Positions 27,399 to 36,411 of a stretch of DNA of 62,281 bases are shown piece by piece. The notes beneath the pieces are model-generated. The model had not been told where the DNA came from. It made no database searches and saw only the letters and a list, made by a program, of their open reading frames with translations. This stretch comes from a virus (taxonomy: Duplodnaviria; Caudoviricetes): positions 1 through 62,281 of IMG/VR virus record IMGVR_UViG_3300044627_002262; one strand, 5' to 3'. How positions within the stretch are numbered: position 1 is the stretch's first letter; every line of letters starts with the position of its first letter. Made by a program: the position numbers and the translations under genes.

Positions 27399-27652
27399 AC
27401 TGTTCCAACTACAATGTTTGTTTTATCAAACTGATTGGGTACATAGTTTTTATATCGACTTGCTTGCTCCTCAATGGCATTGATTCTGTCATTAATATTG
27501 CCGCATACGATACATGGCAAGCAATTATTTTCAGCTTCATTAATAAAATTAATAGATGAATACAACGGGATTGTATTTTCGTTTGAAAATGGAAAAACAA
27601 ACTTGCTTGGGAAGTCTGTAACTCGTTCAGATGCTGTAACAATTGATGGCAT
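27395..27652 (-). CDS. Small hypothetical virion-associated protein
   Basis: Start reassigned to MPSIVTAS, 4 nt after the upstream stop; CLPCIVC. Confidence 0.6.
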   Translation of the reverse strand: MPSIVTASERVTDFPSKFVFPFSNENTIPLYSSINFINEAENNCLPCIVCGNINDRINAIEEQASRYKNYVPNQFDKTNIVVGTV

Positions 27653-27656
27653 AGAA

Positions 27657-29804
27657 TTATTCAGGAGGTTGGCAAGGATTCTCCGCTCGATATTGCTGTG
27701 CAGCAGCATTTGCTGCCTGAAGTGCCAATGTACTCGCCTCTGCCTCTGCGTGTTCGTAGCTAATGTAAGATAGGAATGATGCCTCTGCTGTTGCTGCAAT
27801 AGCAGGGGAAGGAGAACCTAATGGACAAATTAATGTCACTGTTTTGTAAACACTGGCATACCACGATCTCTGTTGCCCGTTCGTCGTATCATATGCGTTC
27901 GGTAGAGTGTCAATTGTAATGTTGTTCCCATCCTGACCAACCACGCAGTATTTTTTTTCGTCTCGTTGAGGTACGCCAAGTGATTTTGTCGAGTATGGAT
28001 CGATGTAAATTCGCACGATCTCAACCCCCATTTGACCGCACCATTCTATCAGTATGCTGAATGCTTTATCGATGTCGATTGTGAGGTCACTTTCGCAGGT
28101 GGTGTAGTCGATGGTTCTTTGGGATGATTCGGTAATCAACCTGCGATACTGCGAATTCAAAAATCCCAGTTCCTCGATCTTATCTTGGTACGGAGTGCCT
28201 TTCCACTGCACATCATCGGTAACAGCAAGAAGGCGTTTTTTGAGAACCTGCTTGTGCTTACCCTTGCTCCCTCGGAATGCAACTGTGACATCTACAACGC
28301 CACCGATTTCGCAAGCCTCGATTTCAGAGTAGATGAACTGCTTCAAATCCATTGCATCACCCAGCATCGCAGTCTCCATCTGGCAGTAAATGCGATTGAT
28401 TTTAGGAGTCGTCGTGCCGTCCGAATTTGTGTCGAAGTACGAATCGTACTTTTGAGGTGCAAAAGATTCCCAGATGTGGTTGTAAGACCCATCACTGGTT
28501 GCTGCGTAGTCAACACTAAAATGAAAGCACCTTTGCTGTCCTCCCACAGTGCCTGTAGTCCACTCAACAGGTCGAGTTCCTGTCCATACACCACACCAAG
28601 CAGGAATGCGTTGCTGCGACCATTCTGACGCAGCAGCATAGTCAAGAACCATCGTCTGCGAGTTCAGCTTTTCGAGATACGGAACACTGACCAAAATGTA
28701 GTTTTCAAATGAAGTGCAGCAGATGCCTTTTGTATTGCCTGACAAATACTGCTTCGTCCTCGCCATCTCGACATCTTTGTAGATAATCTGCGACGACAGA
28801 TACGATGCTGCCGCCACATCCGCAGCAATCAACCCACCCTGCGAGTACCACCACATTTGACCTGCCTGAAAAGTGATTGACTTGCCTGCGATACATCCAA
28901 CAGTCGGGAAAAGCGTGTTCTGGAAATTGGCAGTCGATGTCCACTGGGAACGATCAAGAATTCCAGAGGCGAGAGAGAAGGTTGCTCTATCAGTAAACAC
29001 AATCAATCGGGTTGATGTATCCTGACCGACATAGCTAACCATTCCAGTAACTGTCCTCGAAAAGGCAAAGTCTCCGCGACCAGCACCACTCTTGCGTTCT
29101 TGCCATGAGGTCGGGTCTCCGAGATCGCTTGCCAACACAATATTTTTATCAGCAATCCAAAGTCTGTTTCCAGAAAACGCCATCCAGTATCCAGTCGGGA
29201 TCGATGCGGTTTGCGTACCAGTCTTGTTCGACCCATCCCAGTATGCTGGAGCAGAAACGCCATCTTGGATGAAGACTGCTCGATGCGATGGAGTCACAAT
29301 CTCATCTTTACCCGTCGAAAGATTCGCAGATTGCGTAGCGAGGCAGAAGACAAACTGATCGACATCTGGATCGAGTGAGATGTTTGACAATTTGTACTCC
29401 GACCAATCTTTGGGTTGAGTCAAAGGGAATGGAGCGAAATAAACCGATCCTGAAACAGCAAAGACCATGTAGGGTATTTCTTCGGCAATAACCCCCTCGC
29501 CTTCGACATTAAAAATTTTTGCAGGAGTCGTAATCGTGCGACCATTGATGACTTCAATTTTTGCAGACTCTTTTTGCTTATTCGCAGCAAAGAAAATTCC
29601 ACCCTGAAAGTTTCCAGCAGGCAATGAGAGGCGCATTGCTTGGCCGGGACGAGTCTGCACGATGCCGCCTCGCACTTGGACATTGACCCCCCATTTGAAT
29701 TGATTTTCAGGAAGTGACCACGGATTGCGGACAGAATTTACGCCAGCAAACCACCCAGAGGTTGCCTTGACCAATCTGCCAGATGATATCTGCTCGCTTT
29801 TCAT
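27657..29804 (-). CDS. Tail tubular B / nozzle-like protein (P22 gp10 / T7 gp12 type)
   Basis: 715 aa; N-terminus FAGVNS..LPENQ..GVNV..GIVQTRPG; beta-rich; synteny. Confidence 0.65.
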   Translation of the reverse strand: MKSEQISSGRLVKATSGWFAGVNSVRNPWSLPENQFKWGVNVQVRGGIVQTRPGQAMRLSLPAGNFQGGIFFAANKQKESAKIEVINGRTITTPAKIFNVEGEGVIAEEIPYMVFAVSGSVYFAPFPLTQPKDWSEYKLSNISLDPDVDQFVFCLATQSANLSTGKDEIVTPSHRAVFIQDGVSAPAYWDGSNKTGTQTASIPTGYWMAFSGNRLWIADKNIVLASDLGDPTSWQERKSGAGRGDFAFSRTVTGMVSYVGQDTSTRLIVFTDRATFSLASGILDRSQWTSTANFQNTLFPTVGCIAGKSITFQAGQMWWYSQGGLIAADVAAASYLSSQIIYKDVEMARTKQYLSGNTKGICCTSFENYILVSVPYLEKLNSQTMVLDYAAASEWSQQRIPAWCGVWTGTRPVEWTTGTVGGQQRCFHFSVDYAATSDGSYNHIWESFAPQKYDSYFDTNSDGTTTPKINRIYCQMETAMLGDAMDLKQFIYSEIEACEIGGVVDVTVAFRGSKGKHKQVLKKRLLAVTDDVQWKGTPYQDKIEELGFLNSQYRRLITESSQRTIDYTTCESDLTIDIDKAFSILIEWCGQMGVEIVRIYIDPYSTKSLGVPQRDEKKYCVVGQDGNNITIDTLPNAYDTTNGQQRSWYASVYKTVTLICPLGSPSPAIAATAEASFLSYISYEHAEAEASTLALQAANAAAQQYRAENPCQPPE

Positions 29805-32800
29805 TAAAAGATTACAGGATCAGTTCCATCACCATAGGTGATGTTGTTAATCTGTGGTGGAACCTGCGCGTGACCATCAATGTACTCCTGCTGGTTCCGC
29901 AGGTAATTGAATGCGATGCCCCAGTATCTTGTCGATTGATCGGCAAAATCCTTGTCTTCCATGTCGCAGGCGTGGACTGCCGCAATTATTGCCCGTTCAT
30001 GCTCTACAGGAATGTAGTCGTACATCGAAGTGATAAACGGAGGTGACATCCGATATGCCAGACGCACCCAAGCACACTTTTTACCAAGGCGAATCCTGCG
30101 GTATTGTGGATTAACCTCGGATGGGTGATAGCGACCAATCAAGGTCATGTCATTGCTGCGTCCATAATCCCATGCGTAGAGCAAAACAAACCCGTCTGTA
30201 AGCGGTTTTTCGATCTGTGAGATCGATTTGACCAAAACAGAGTCATCCGTTGCATCAATGAAGAATGTAGACTCGGTAGAATTGCCAGATGTTTCAAAAG
30301 CAATCCTGCCTGTAGTTCCCGATCCATTTGCATTGGCAGCAGTGTTGTAAAGCTCGATGTAGTTCTCATCAATTCTGCGAACATAATACTTGGTTCCTGC
30401 CACCAAAGGAACTGGCAATACATCACCCTCGACTGCTCTCACATTAATTGCCTGACCAGTTTCAAAAAGTGAACGCTCGCAATAAATCCTTGTGGATTTG
30501 ACTGGAGTAATTGTTCGCTCGATATCGAGACTTAATTTTCCAGTGCCAGCACTTATAAGAGTAACCAATGTACCTGTTGTTACAGAAAACGCTTTTACAC
30601 TGTCACCAAACAATTTGATTGTGTAATTCTCGCCTGACTGCAATCCGACTGGCATTGTTCCAGATGTAGAAAATTTAACTATCTGATCATCCTTCAAATT
30701 AACAACGCTATCTGGTTTGATAAGATTGTTATATGGTAATGGAGATACGCTATATCTGCGACCATAATATGTTTGCCCAACGCCAAATGATACAACTTGG
30801 ATTAATCCAGATGTTTTATATACTTTTATTCCAACATCTAAATTTGTAGATGGAAGAACTGAATCAATAGCATAAGTAAATGTATCTGTAGTAACTGAAA
30901 TAATTATAGCGTCAGTTTTATTGTATCCAGCATATATTCCTGTTGCTCCAGTAATTGTTACTGAATTACCAGCTACATATCCATGATTTGATGCAGTTTT
31001 TGCAGTGGCTATTGTTCCATCAAAATTTCCAATTTCTATTACATTAATAGAATTTCCATCAACTAAAAGTCCAGCATTTGCATTTACTTCTGTATTATAA
31101 ACTCTTGAAACTCCAGATGTAATTATATTTAAATATCTTGCAACTGTTGGACTTATTGATGGATTTGTTGTCGGAAGAATAAAATCAGTTCCAAAATATA
31201 TAGCATCACCAGTTGAAAGGCTTGAAAAATCTCCCAACCAACGATCTGTAAAGCCAACCCCAAATGAACGAGAAAGGACAGTGTAAAATGTTCCACTCCC
31301 ACCACCAGTAATATTTATTTTTGAAAAGTCTGCATTTTTGATTGTAAATGTTCCACTACTTGTCTCCAGTGGCGACTCTATGCGATATGCAGTTCCAGCA
31401 ACAAGTGGTGCAGGTAAAGTTCCTGTTGAAGAAAATTCAATGAATACACCAGTTGATGGAGTAATAAATACATTTGGTGGAGAAGTATATCCAGTTCCAG
31501 ATGTTATTAAATTTAGTGCTGTTACTTCTCCAGAAAAAACCGATGCTCCAGTAATATTGCTTGGAGTTCCAATTACATTAAATGTAAATGTTGTTGCCGT
31601 TGGATTAGGTATTGAAGAAAAGCCCGGATTAACAACAATTGCAGGTGTATTTGTAATGTTGTATGAAAAAGATAAAGAATCAATTACAGATATTGGATAG
31701 TCTCCATTATAATCAATCGGAGTTACTCCGTAAATTGTAACAATTTGACCAGTATTATAATTATGTGCAGACGCAAATTTTGCAGTTACAACAGTTCCAG
31801 ACCTTGTCAAACTTAAAATTGGTGTAGATAGCATTGGAACGCTACTAATAGTTTTATCTCCACTATATGCCAATTGAGAAGAATCAGATATCGTTACAAC
31901 TTGATCTTTTATAAATCCATGCGGAGTTAATGTTGTTGCTGTTGCAATTGATCCAGTTCTTGATATTGAAACATTATTATATGTTGTTGTATTTACAACT
32001 GCTTGTGCAGTTGCTCCAGAACCTCCTCCTCCAGTAATTTCCACTTGTGGAGATTGCCTATAGTTAGAACCTTTAGAAATTCTGTTAAAATATGAAACAA
32101 AAGATGTTGTAATTCTTGCTTGTGCTGTAGCTTGAGTTCCTACTAATTTTTGAGATGTTATAGTTCCTGTAGCAGGACTTCCTGCCAATGATGAAACTGT
32201 AAAAGTAAATGTTTTTGCTCCCGCATTTATTGCAAGAATTGTTTTTGTTCCATTAAACACTTCTTGATCTGCTCCTGTTATTATTACATTATCTCCAACT
32301 GCATATCCTGTTGTTTCATTTGTTGTTGCTGTAGCTACTGTTCCAGTGTATGCAGTAGAAATCATTGTTCCTGTTGCTGTAGCCGCTGTTATTTGAGACA
32401 ATGTTTGATATGAAAATTGACTTGCACTTATATAATTTATAACAAAGGTTCCATTGTATGCAGAATCATTTGCTACTCCACTAATTGTAACAACTTGATT
32501 GTCTCCATATCCATGAGCAGCAATAGTACAAGTTGCTGTTGTTCCTCCAACTATTCCAGTTAAATTACCAGCAGCAATTGTTTTATTTGCCCCAACTTTT
32601 GTTATTGATACAATTTCAAATAATGGTTGGATTGGAGCGGCAATTGTAATTAATGGAGCGGATGTGTAGCCTGCCCCCGGATTTGTAATAATAACCTGTT
32701 CAACCTTCTTGTTTATTGTGTTAAGAATAGCATATCCAGTTGCAGTAATTGTTTGAATTTTAGAATTTACTGGAGGTTGTGCAGGAGGACTAAATGTAAC

Positions 32801-34303
32801 TTCAGGCGTTGTTATATATTCTGCGCCCTGACTTGTTACTGTGACTGAATTAACTGATCCAGTAACAACTGCTTGAAAATTTGCCCCAGCACCTTGAGGA
32901 ACAGGAATATTAAGTCCCGGCGCAGTTATTTGAGAAAACTCTCCAGATCGATATGTTGATGAAATTAATTTTACAATAAAATTAGTTCCAACTCCTGCAT
33001 CAATAAGTTTGATAGGATTAATTGGATTCGTTGGAGTTGAGGCAACAGCATCTGCTTGCGATTCATGCAGAGTAATTGTAAATTCATCAATGACATTGAC
33101 AAAATAGTTCTGGTTTGCAATCAGCGGATTTGGCAATGTGCCTCCAGCAGTATAAGCCTGCACCTGATCTCCTTGCTTGTAAAAGTGCTGGATAGCAAAA
33201 GTCAGTTTTGATTCAGGAAGAATCTCTTTTCGGATGTCGATCTGAATTGGAGTAGTTGCCCCAGTTGTATAAACTGGATTAACATTATTTTGAGCGTCCT
33301 GAAAAGACTCGAAAATCTGGAGATTTTTAGGGTCGATTAAATTTGCAAAATATGTAACCTTTTCAAGTAGTGGAGGAGGAAGTGTTTGACCTTGCGGAAA
33401 TGCAACAGGATTTGCCGTTGTGATTGGCAAGCTCGGTTCATTTGCAGGCAAGTCGGGGAACCTTAATGCAGTAACAACGGAACTTGGTTTACTGTCCTTA
33501 ATTGTTATCGTTCCAGTTTGCCCTAAAGCCTGAACAATGCTCTGTAGTTTGATCGGAAAATTCCCGTTCTTCGCGTTGTTTTGGTCAGAGAATAGCTGAA
33601 TTGTGACTGCATCGATTACGCCAATGTAGACCACCTGTCCGTTCGACAATGGCACAGGGATAGTGCCAGTGAAGGAGGCAATATTGAATCCCTGCCCAGA
33701 GGTCAATTGGTGAGCGGTTGCTGTTGTAAAGCGAGTAAGCGGATCGATAGCGACACTGCGACTCTCGATGGTCTGATCAGGCGGCAAAATAACTCCGAGC
33801 GGATAGTCATTCTTGGAATTAATTGGAATAAGTATCCCGTCAACGCCAGTTCCATTTTCAAGTTGGCTACGAAGCGGCACATTGCCGTCATTCGTACCAA
33901 GAACGCGAATGACCTTGCCGACATCGTTTTCAACCTCTGCAATTGCGATAAGTTGAGAAGGCTGAATGATTTCCATTGCCGTTGCGGTAAACCCTCGGTC
34001 ATCCCATGCCCACTGAACAGGCGAGAACATTCCTCCTTTGTTTACATGGTACTGGAAAAGCCGATTTCGGAAGTAGACAGGCGAACCATCAACATTAATT
34101 GCCAGAGGCGTGTCAACGCCCCGTGGAAGGACAACGCTACATCCATCCCATCCAGTGCAGATATCGACCTCGGCAGTGCTATGTGACCAGTGTCCAGACT
34201 CCATTAAAGTCTGCACTGCCTGCGAAATCTTGCGGAAGACTTTTTCGCTATTGGTCGTTCCTAAAATTTCCGCACATTCCTCGAAAATTTGCGAGACGAA
34301 CAT
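29804..34303 (-). CDS. Tail adaptor (tubular A-like) protein with large inserted beta-repeat (FCCH-like) array
   Basis: 1499 aa; adaptor-like ends; many T..H(G/Q/N)..GQ.V.I.G..YNG units. Confidence 0.6.
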   Translation of the reverse strand: MFVSQIFEECAEILGTTNSEKVFRKISQAVQTLMESGHWSHSTAEVDICTGWDGCSVVLPRGVDTPLAINVDGSPVYFRNRLFQYHVNKGGMFSPVQWAWDDRGFTATAMEIIQPSQLIAIAEVENDVGKVIRVLGTNDGNVPLRSQLENGTGVDGILIPINSKNDYPLGVILPPDQTIESRSVAIDPLTRFTTATAHQLTSGQGFNIASFTGTIPVPLSNGQVVYIGVIDAVTIQLFSDQNNAKNGNFPIKLQSIVQALGQTGTITIKDSKPSSVVTALRFPDLPANEPSLPITTANPVAFPQGQTLPPPLLEKVTYFANLIDPKNLQIFESFQDAQNNVNPVYTTGATTPIQIDIRKEILPESKLTFAIQHFYKQGDQVQAYTAGGTLPNPLIANQNYFVNVIDEFTITLHESQADAVASTPTNPINPIKLIDAGVGTNFIVKLISSTYRSGEFSQITAPGLNIPVPQGAGANFQAVVTGSVNSVTVTSQGAEYITTPEVTFSPPAQPPVNSKIQTITATGYAILNTINKKVEQVIITNPGAGYTSAPLITIAAPIQPLFEIVSITKVGANKTIAAGNLTGIVGGTTATCTIAAHGYGDNQVVTISGVANDSAYNGTFVINYISASQFSYQTLSQITAATATGTMISTAYTGTVATATTNETTGYAVGDNVIITGADQEVFNGTKTILAINAGAKTFTFTVSSLAGSPATGTITSQKLVGTQATAQARITTSFVSYFNRISKGSNYRQSPQVEITGGGGSGATAQAVVNTTTYNNVSISRTGSIATATTLTPHGFIKDQVVTISDSSQLAYSGDKTISSVPMLSTPILSLTRSGTVVTAKFASAHNYNTGQIVTIYGVTPIDYNGDYPISVIDSLSFSYNITNTPAIVVNPGFSSIPNPTATTFTFNVIGTPSNITGASVFSGEVTALNLITSGTGYTSPPNVFITPSTGVFIEFSSTGTLPAPLVAGTAYRIESPLETSSGTFTIKNADFSKINITGGGSGTFYTVLSRSFGVGFTDRWLGDFSSLSTGDAIYFGTDFILPTTNPSISPTVARYLNIITSGVSRVYNTEVNANAGLLVDGNSINVIEIGNFDGTIATAKTASNHGYVAGNSVTITGATGIYAGYNKTDAIIISVTTDTFTYAIDSVLPSTNLDVGIKVYKTSGLIQVVSFGVGQTYYGRRYSVSPLPYNNLIKPDSVVNLKDDQIVKFSTSGTMPVGLQSGENYTIKLFGDSVKAFSVTTGTLVTLISAGTGKLSLDIERTITPVKSTRIYCERSLFETGQAINVRAVEGDVLPVPLVAGTKYYVRRIDENYIELYNTAANANGSGTTGRIAFETSGNSTESTFFIDATDDSVLVKSISQIEKPLTDGFVLLYAWDYGRSNDMTLIGRYHPSEVNPQYRRIRLGKKCAWVRLAYRMSPPFITSMYDYIPVEHERAIIAAVHACDMEDKDFADQSTRYWGIAFNYLRNQQEYIDGHAQVPPQINNITYGDGTDPVIF

Positions 34304-34305
34304 AA

Positions 34306-34590
34306 TTAAGCACGACTGCGAGCGGAGAGTTCTTTTGCGAACATATCGAGGTCTGCCATGTCTGCCGCTTCCTCGGCCTTTGGCATAGCTTCTTCCTCGC
34401 CTGCTGCCGCCTGCATATCCACAGAGGATGACATAGCAGATAGCGCAGAAGCAAGTTCTTGAACAAGGCTATTGAGATTATCAAAATCCGCTTTGTTGAT
34501 TGACATAGTAACTTCGCCTTCGGGCGCAGTCATCATGTCAGGTGTCATTTCGGGTGCAGGCATTTCTGCCATATCGGGTGTCATTGCCAT
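34306..34590 (-). CDS. Acidic Met/Ala-rich hypothetical protein
   Basis: 94 aa, tightly packed with neighbours. Confidence 0.7.
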   Translation of the reverse strand: MAMTPDMAEMPAPEMTPDMMTAPEGEVTMSINKADFDNLNSLVQELASALSAMSSSVDMQAAAGEEEAMPKAEEAADMADLDMFAKELSARSRA

Positions 34591-34594
34591 AATT

Positions 34595-34972
34595 TTAATC
34601 TTCCTCTTCTTCTGCTTCGTTTAGTCCGTTCTCAATTTCGTTTTCAGCATCCATTTTAGGTGCTGTTGATTTCGGAGTCTTAATACCACAAATGCAGAGT
34701 TCAACGCAATGGTTTTTTTTAGTTTTACCATCGCGAGTTACTACCTCGGTGCGCTCCATTGTTTTTTTGAAATAAATTGTAGCAGTGCCTTCCTTCGGCA
34801 ATTCTTTAAGACCTTCTGCGTTGTTGAAGTAAAGTGAAGGATAGCTGTACTCTGTATCGTCCTCTTCCTCTTCCATTTCTGGCTCGGAAATTGACATTGC
34901 CATCATTGGTTTAACCTCCTCGGACAGGTCAACAAAACCTTCTGGTAGTTCGTATTTTTCTTTCATATACAT
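34595..34972 (-). CDS. Acidic hypothetical protein
   Basis: 125 aa, tightly packed with neighbours. Confidence 0.7.
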   Translation of the reverse strand: MYMKEKYELPEGFVDLSEEVKPMMAMSISEPEMEEEEDDTEYSYPSLYFNNAEGLKELPKEGTATIYFKKTMERTEVVTRDGKTKKNHCVELCICGIKTPKSTAPKMDAENEIENGLNEAEEEED

Positions 34973-34973
34973 A

Positions 34974-35972
34974 TCAAGGATTCAGTTGAGCTTTCAAAGA
35001 AGCAACCTCCGAAGAGAGTTCTTGGATAGCTTTGATCATTGGGCCAATAAGTTCATTGTATCCAACAGTCATTGCCTCATCGCCGCCATCAATTGTATGG
35101 TCTTGGAAACCTCCAAAATCAACTCCAGTTTTTTCAATAACTGCTTTAATTTCTTGAGCAATCAACCCGTGATGGAATCTTGTTCGCTTATGCGTCCCAT
35201 CATGCGTGATGTTTTTTAGTTTAGAATCCTCAAGCCATTTATCTCTAACAACAACATACGCTTCATATACTGCGAGTTCTTCTGCATATTTTTGTTTTTC
35301 TTCATCAGAAGCGTTTTCTTTCGGTTCTAATGGTTTAATAACAATATCAGGTGGCGATGTGCGATAATCTTCACGATAATCCCATTTGTAATCAACTGGT
35401 CGAAGTTCATTGATAAAGTCGAGACCTAAAACAGTATCACGAATATCTGCTTTATCTCTTCCATCAGACCAAGCATTTGTTTGAGAAGTGACACTTGTAA
35501 TAGAAGTATTGCCAATTCTAATTTGATTGCTCCCAGTTACTTGTGCATCGTACCCGAATCCACCAACATTTGTGAATGTTGTATTGTTTGCAAGCGCATT
35601 AAAACCAACTGCTGTATTACGGATTCCAGTAGTATTATCAATTAGAGCACCTGCCCCTACTGCTGTGTTGCTGGATCCTGTCGTGTTATCAACTAGAACA
35701 AAAGCTCCTACTGCTGTATTAGAATTTCCGCTTGTATTAAATTGCAGTGTACTTACACCGAGTGCTGTATTTGATGCTCCTTGTGTATTTCCACTAGATG
35801 CTTGACATCCAACTGCCGTGTTTCCTGATCCTGTTGTATTTGACTGAAGCGCACTAAATCCAACACATGTATTGGCTGCTACTTGCCCACCACCCAAACC
35901 AATTTTGATTGTATTAATTGTTGTGTCTTTATTTAGATCAATTATATCTGTTTTTGCTTTTGTAAGTGGCAT
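34974..35972 (-). CDS. Tail fibre with peptidase S74 intramolecular chaperone
   Basis: NTTG.SNTAVG repeats; SDGRDKADI..LRPVDYKW..GLIAQE..YNELIGPMIKAIQEL. Confidence 0.88.
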   Translation of the reverse strand: MPLTKAKTDIIDLNKDTTINTIKIGLGGGQVAANTCVGFSALQSNTTGSGNTAVGCQASSGNTQGASNTALGVSTLQFNTSGNSNTAVGAFVLVDNTTGSSNTAVGAGALIDNTTGIRNTAVGFNALANNTTFTNVGGFGYDAQVTGSNQIRIGNTSITSVTSQTNAWSDGRDKADIRDTVLGLDFINELRPVDYKWDYREDYRTSPPDIVIKPLEPKENASDEEKQKYAEELAVYEAYVVVRDKWLEDSKLKNITHDGTHKRTRFHHGLIAQEIKAVIEKTGVDFGGFQDHTIDGGDEAMTVGYNELIGPMIKAIQELSSEVASLKAQLNP

Positions 35973-36047
35973 AATTTTAGTTTTTCTATTTTAATTTTTG
36001 TTTTATTATTAAGCCACTGAGAGTGATACGAGTTAGCATAATTTTAT

Positions 36048-36410
36048 TTAATCAAAGAAAGTTGCGTTTACAAGTTGTATATTAGGATGCGTGTAGTCAA
36101 GCCAAGCATTAGCGATGCTGGTGGGATTGTCAAACCATGCGCGGAGGTTGATACTTTGCCAGTATGAATCCCATGCGTAGAGTTTGTTCACGCCAGTCGG
36201 GTAGAGGTAAACGCAGACCGCATGACCCCAGTCTTTCGTCTGGATTCGCAGCACACGGGTCTGTATCGACTTTTCTTTGAGTCCCTGCGCCATTGCTATT
36301 GCTTCGGGAAGACAAGCGTTCCTGTAGCGTCCTGCGAACGCAGGTGGCTCGACTGGAAGCGTAGCGCAACCAGCAAGAGCAACGATAACAATAGCGAGAA
36401 GTAATCTCAT
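36048..36410 (-). CDS. Lipoprotein with putative Cys-His-Asp (transglutaminase/papain-like) triad
   Basis: Lipobox LAGC; NACLPEA, WGHAVCV, YAWDS. Confidence 0.6.
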   Translation of the reverse strand: MRLLLAIVIVALAGCATLPVEPPAFAGRYRNACLPEAIAMAQGLKEKSIQTRVLRIQTKDWGHAVCVYLYPTGVNKLYAWDSYWQSINLRAWFDNPTSIANAWLDYTHPNIQLVNATFFD

Positions 36411-36411
36411 C

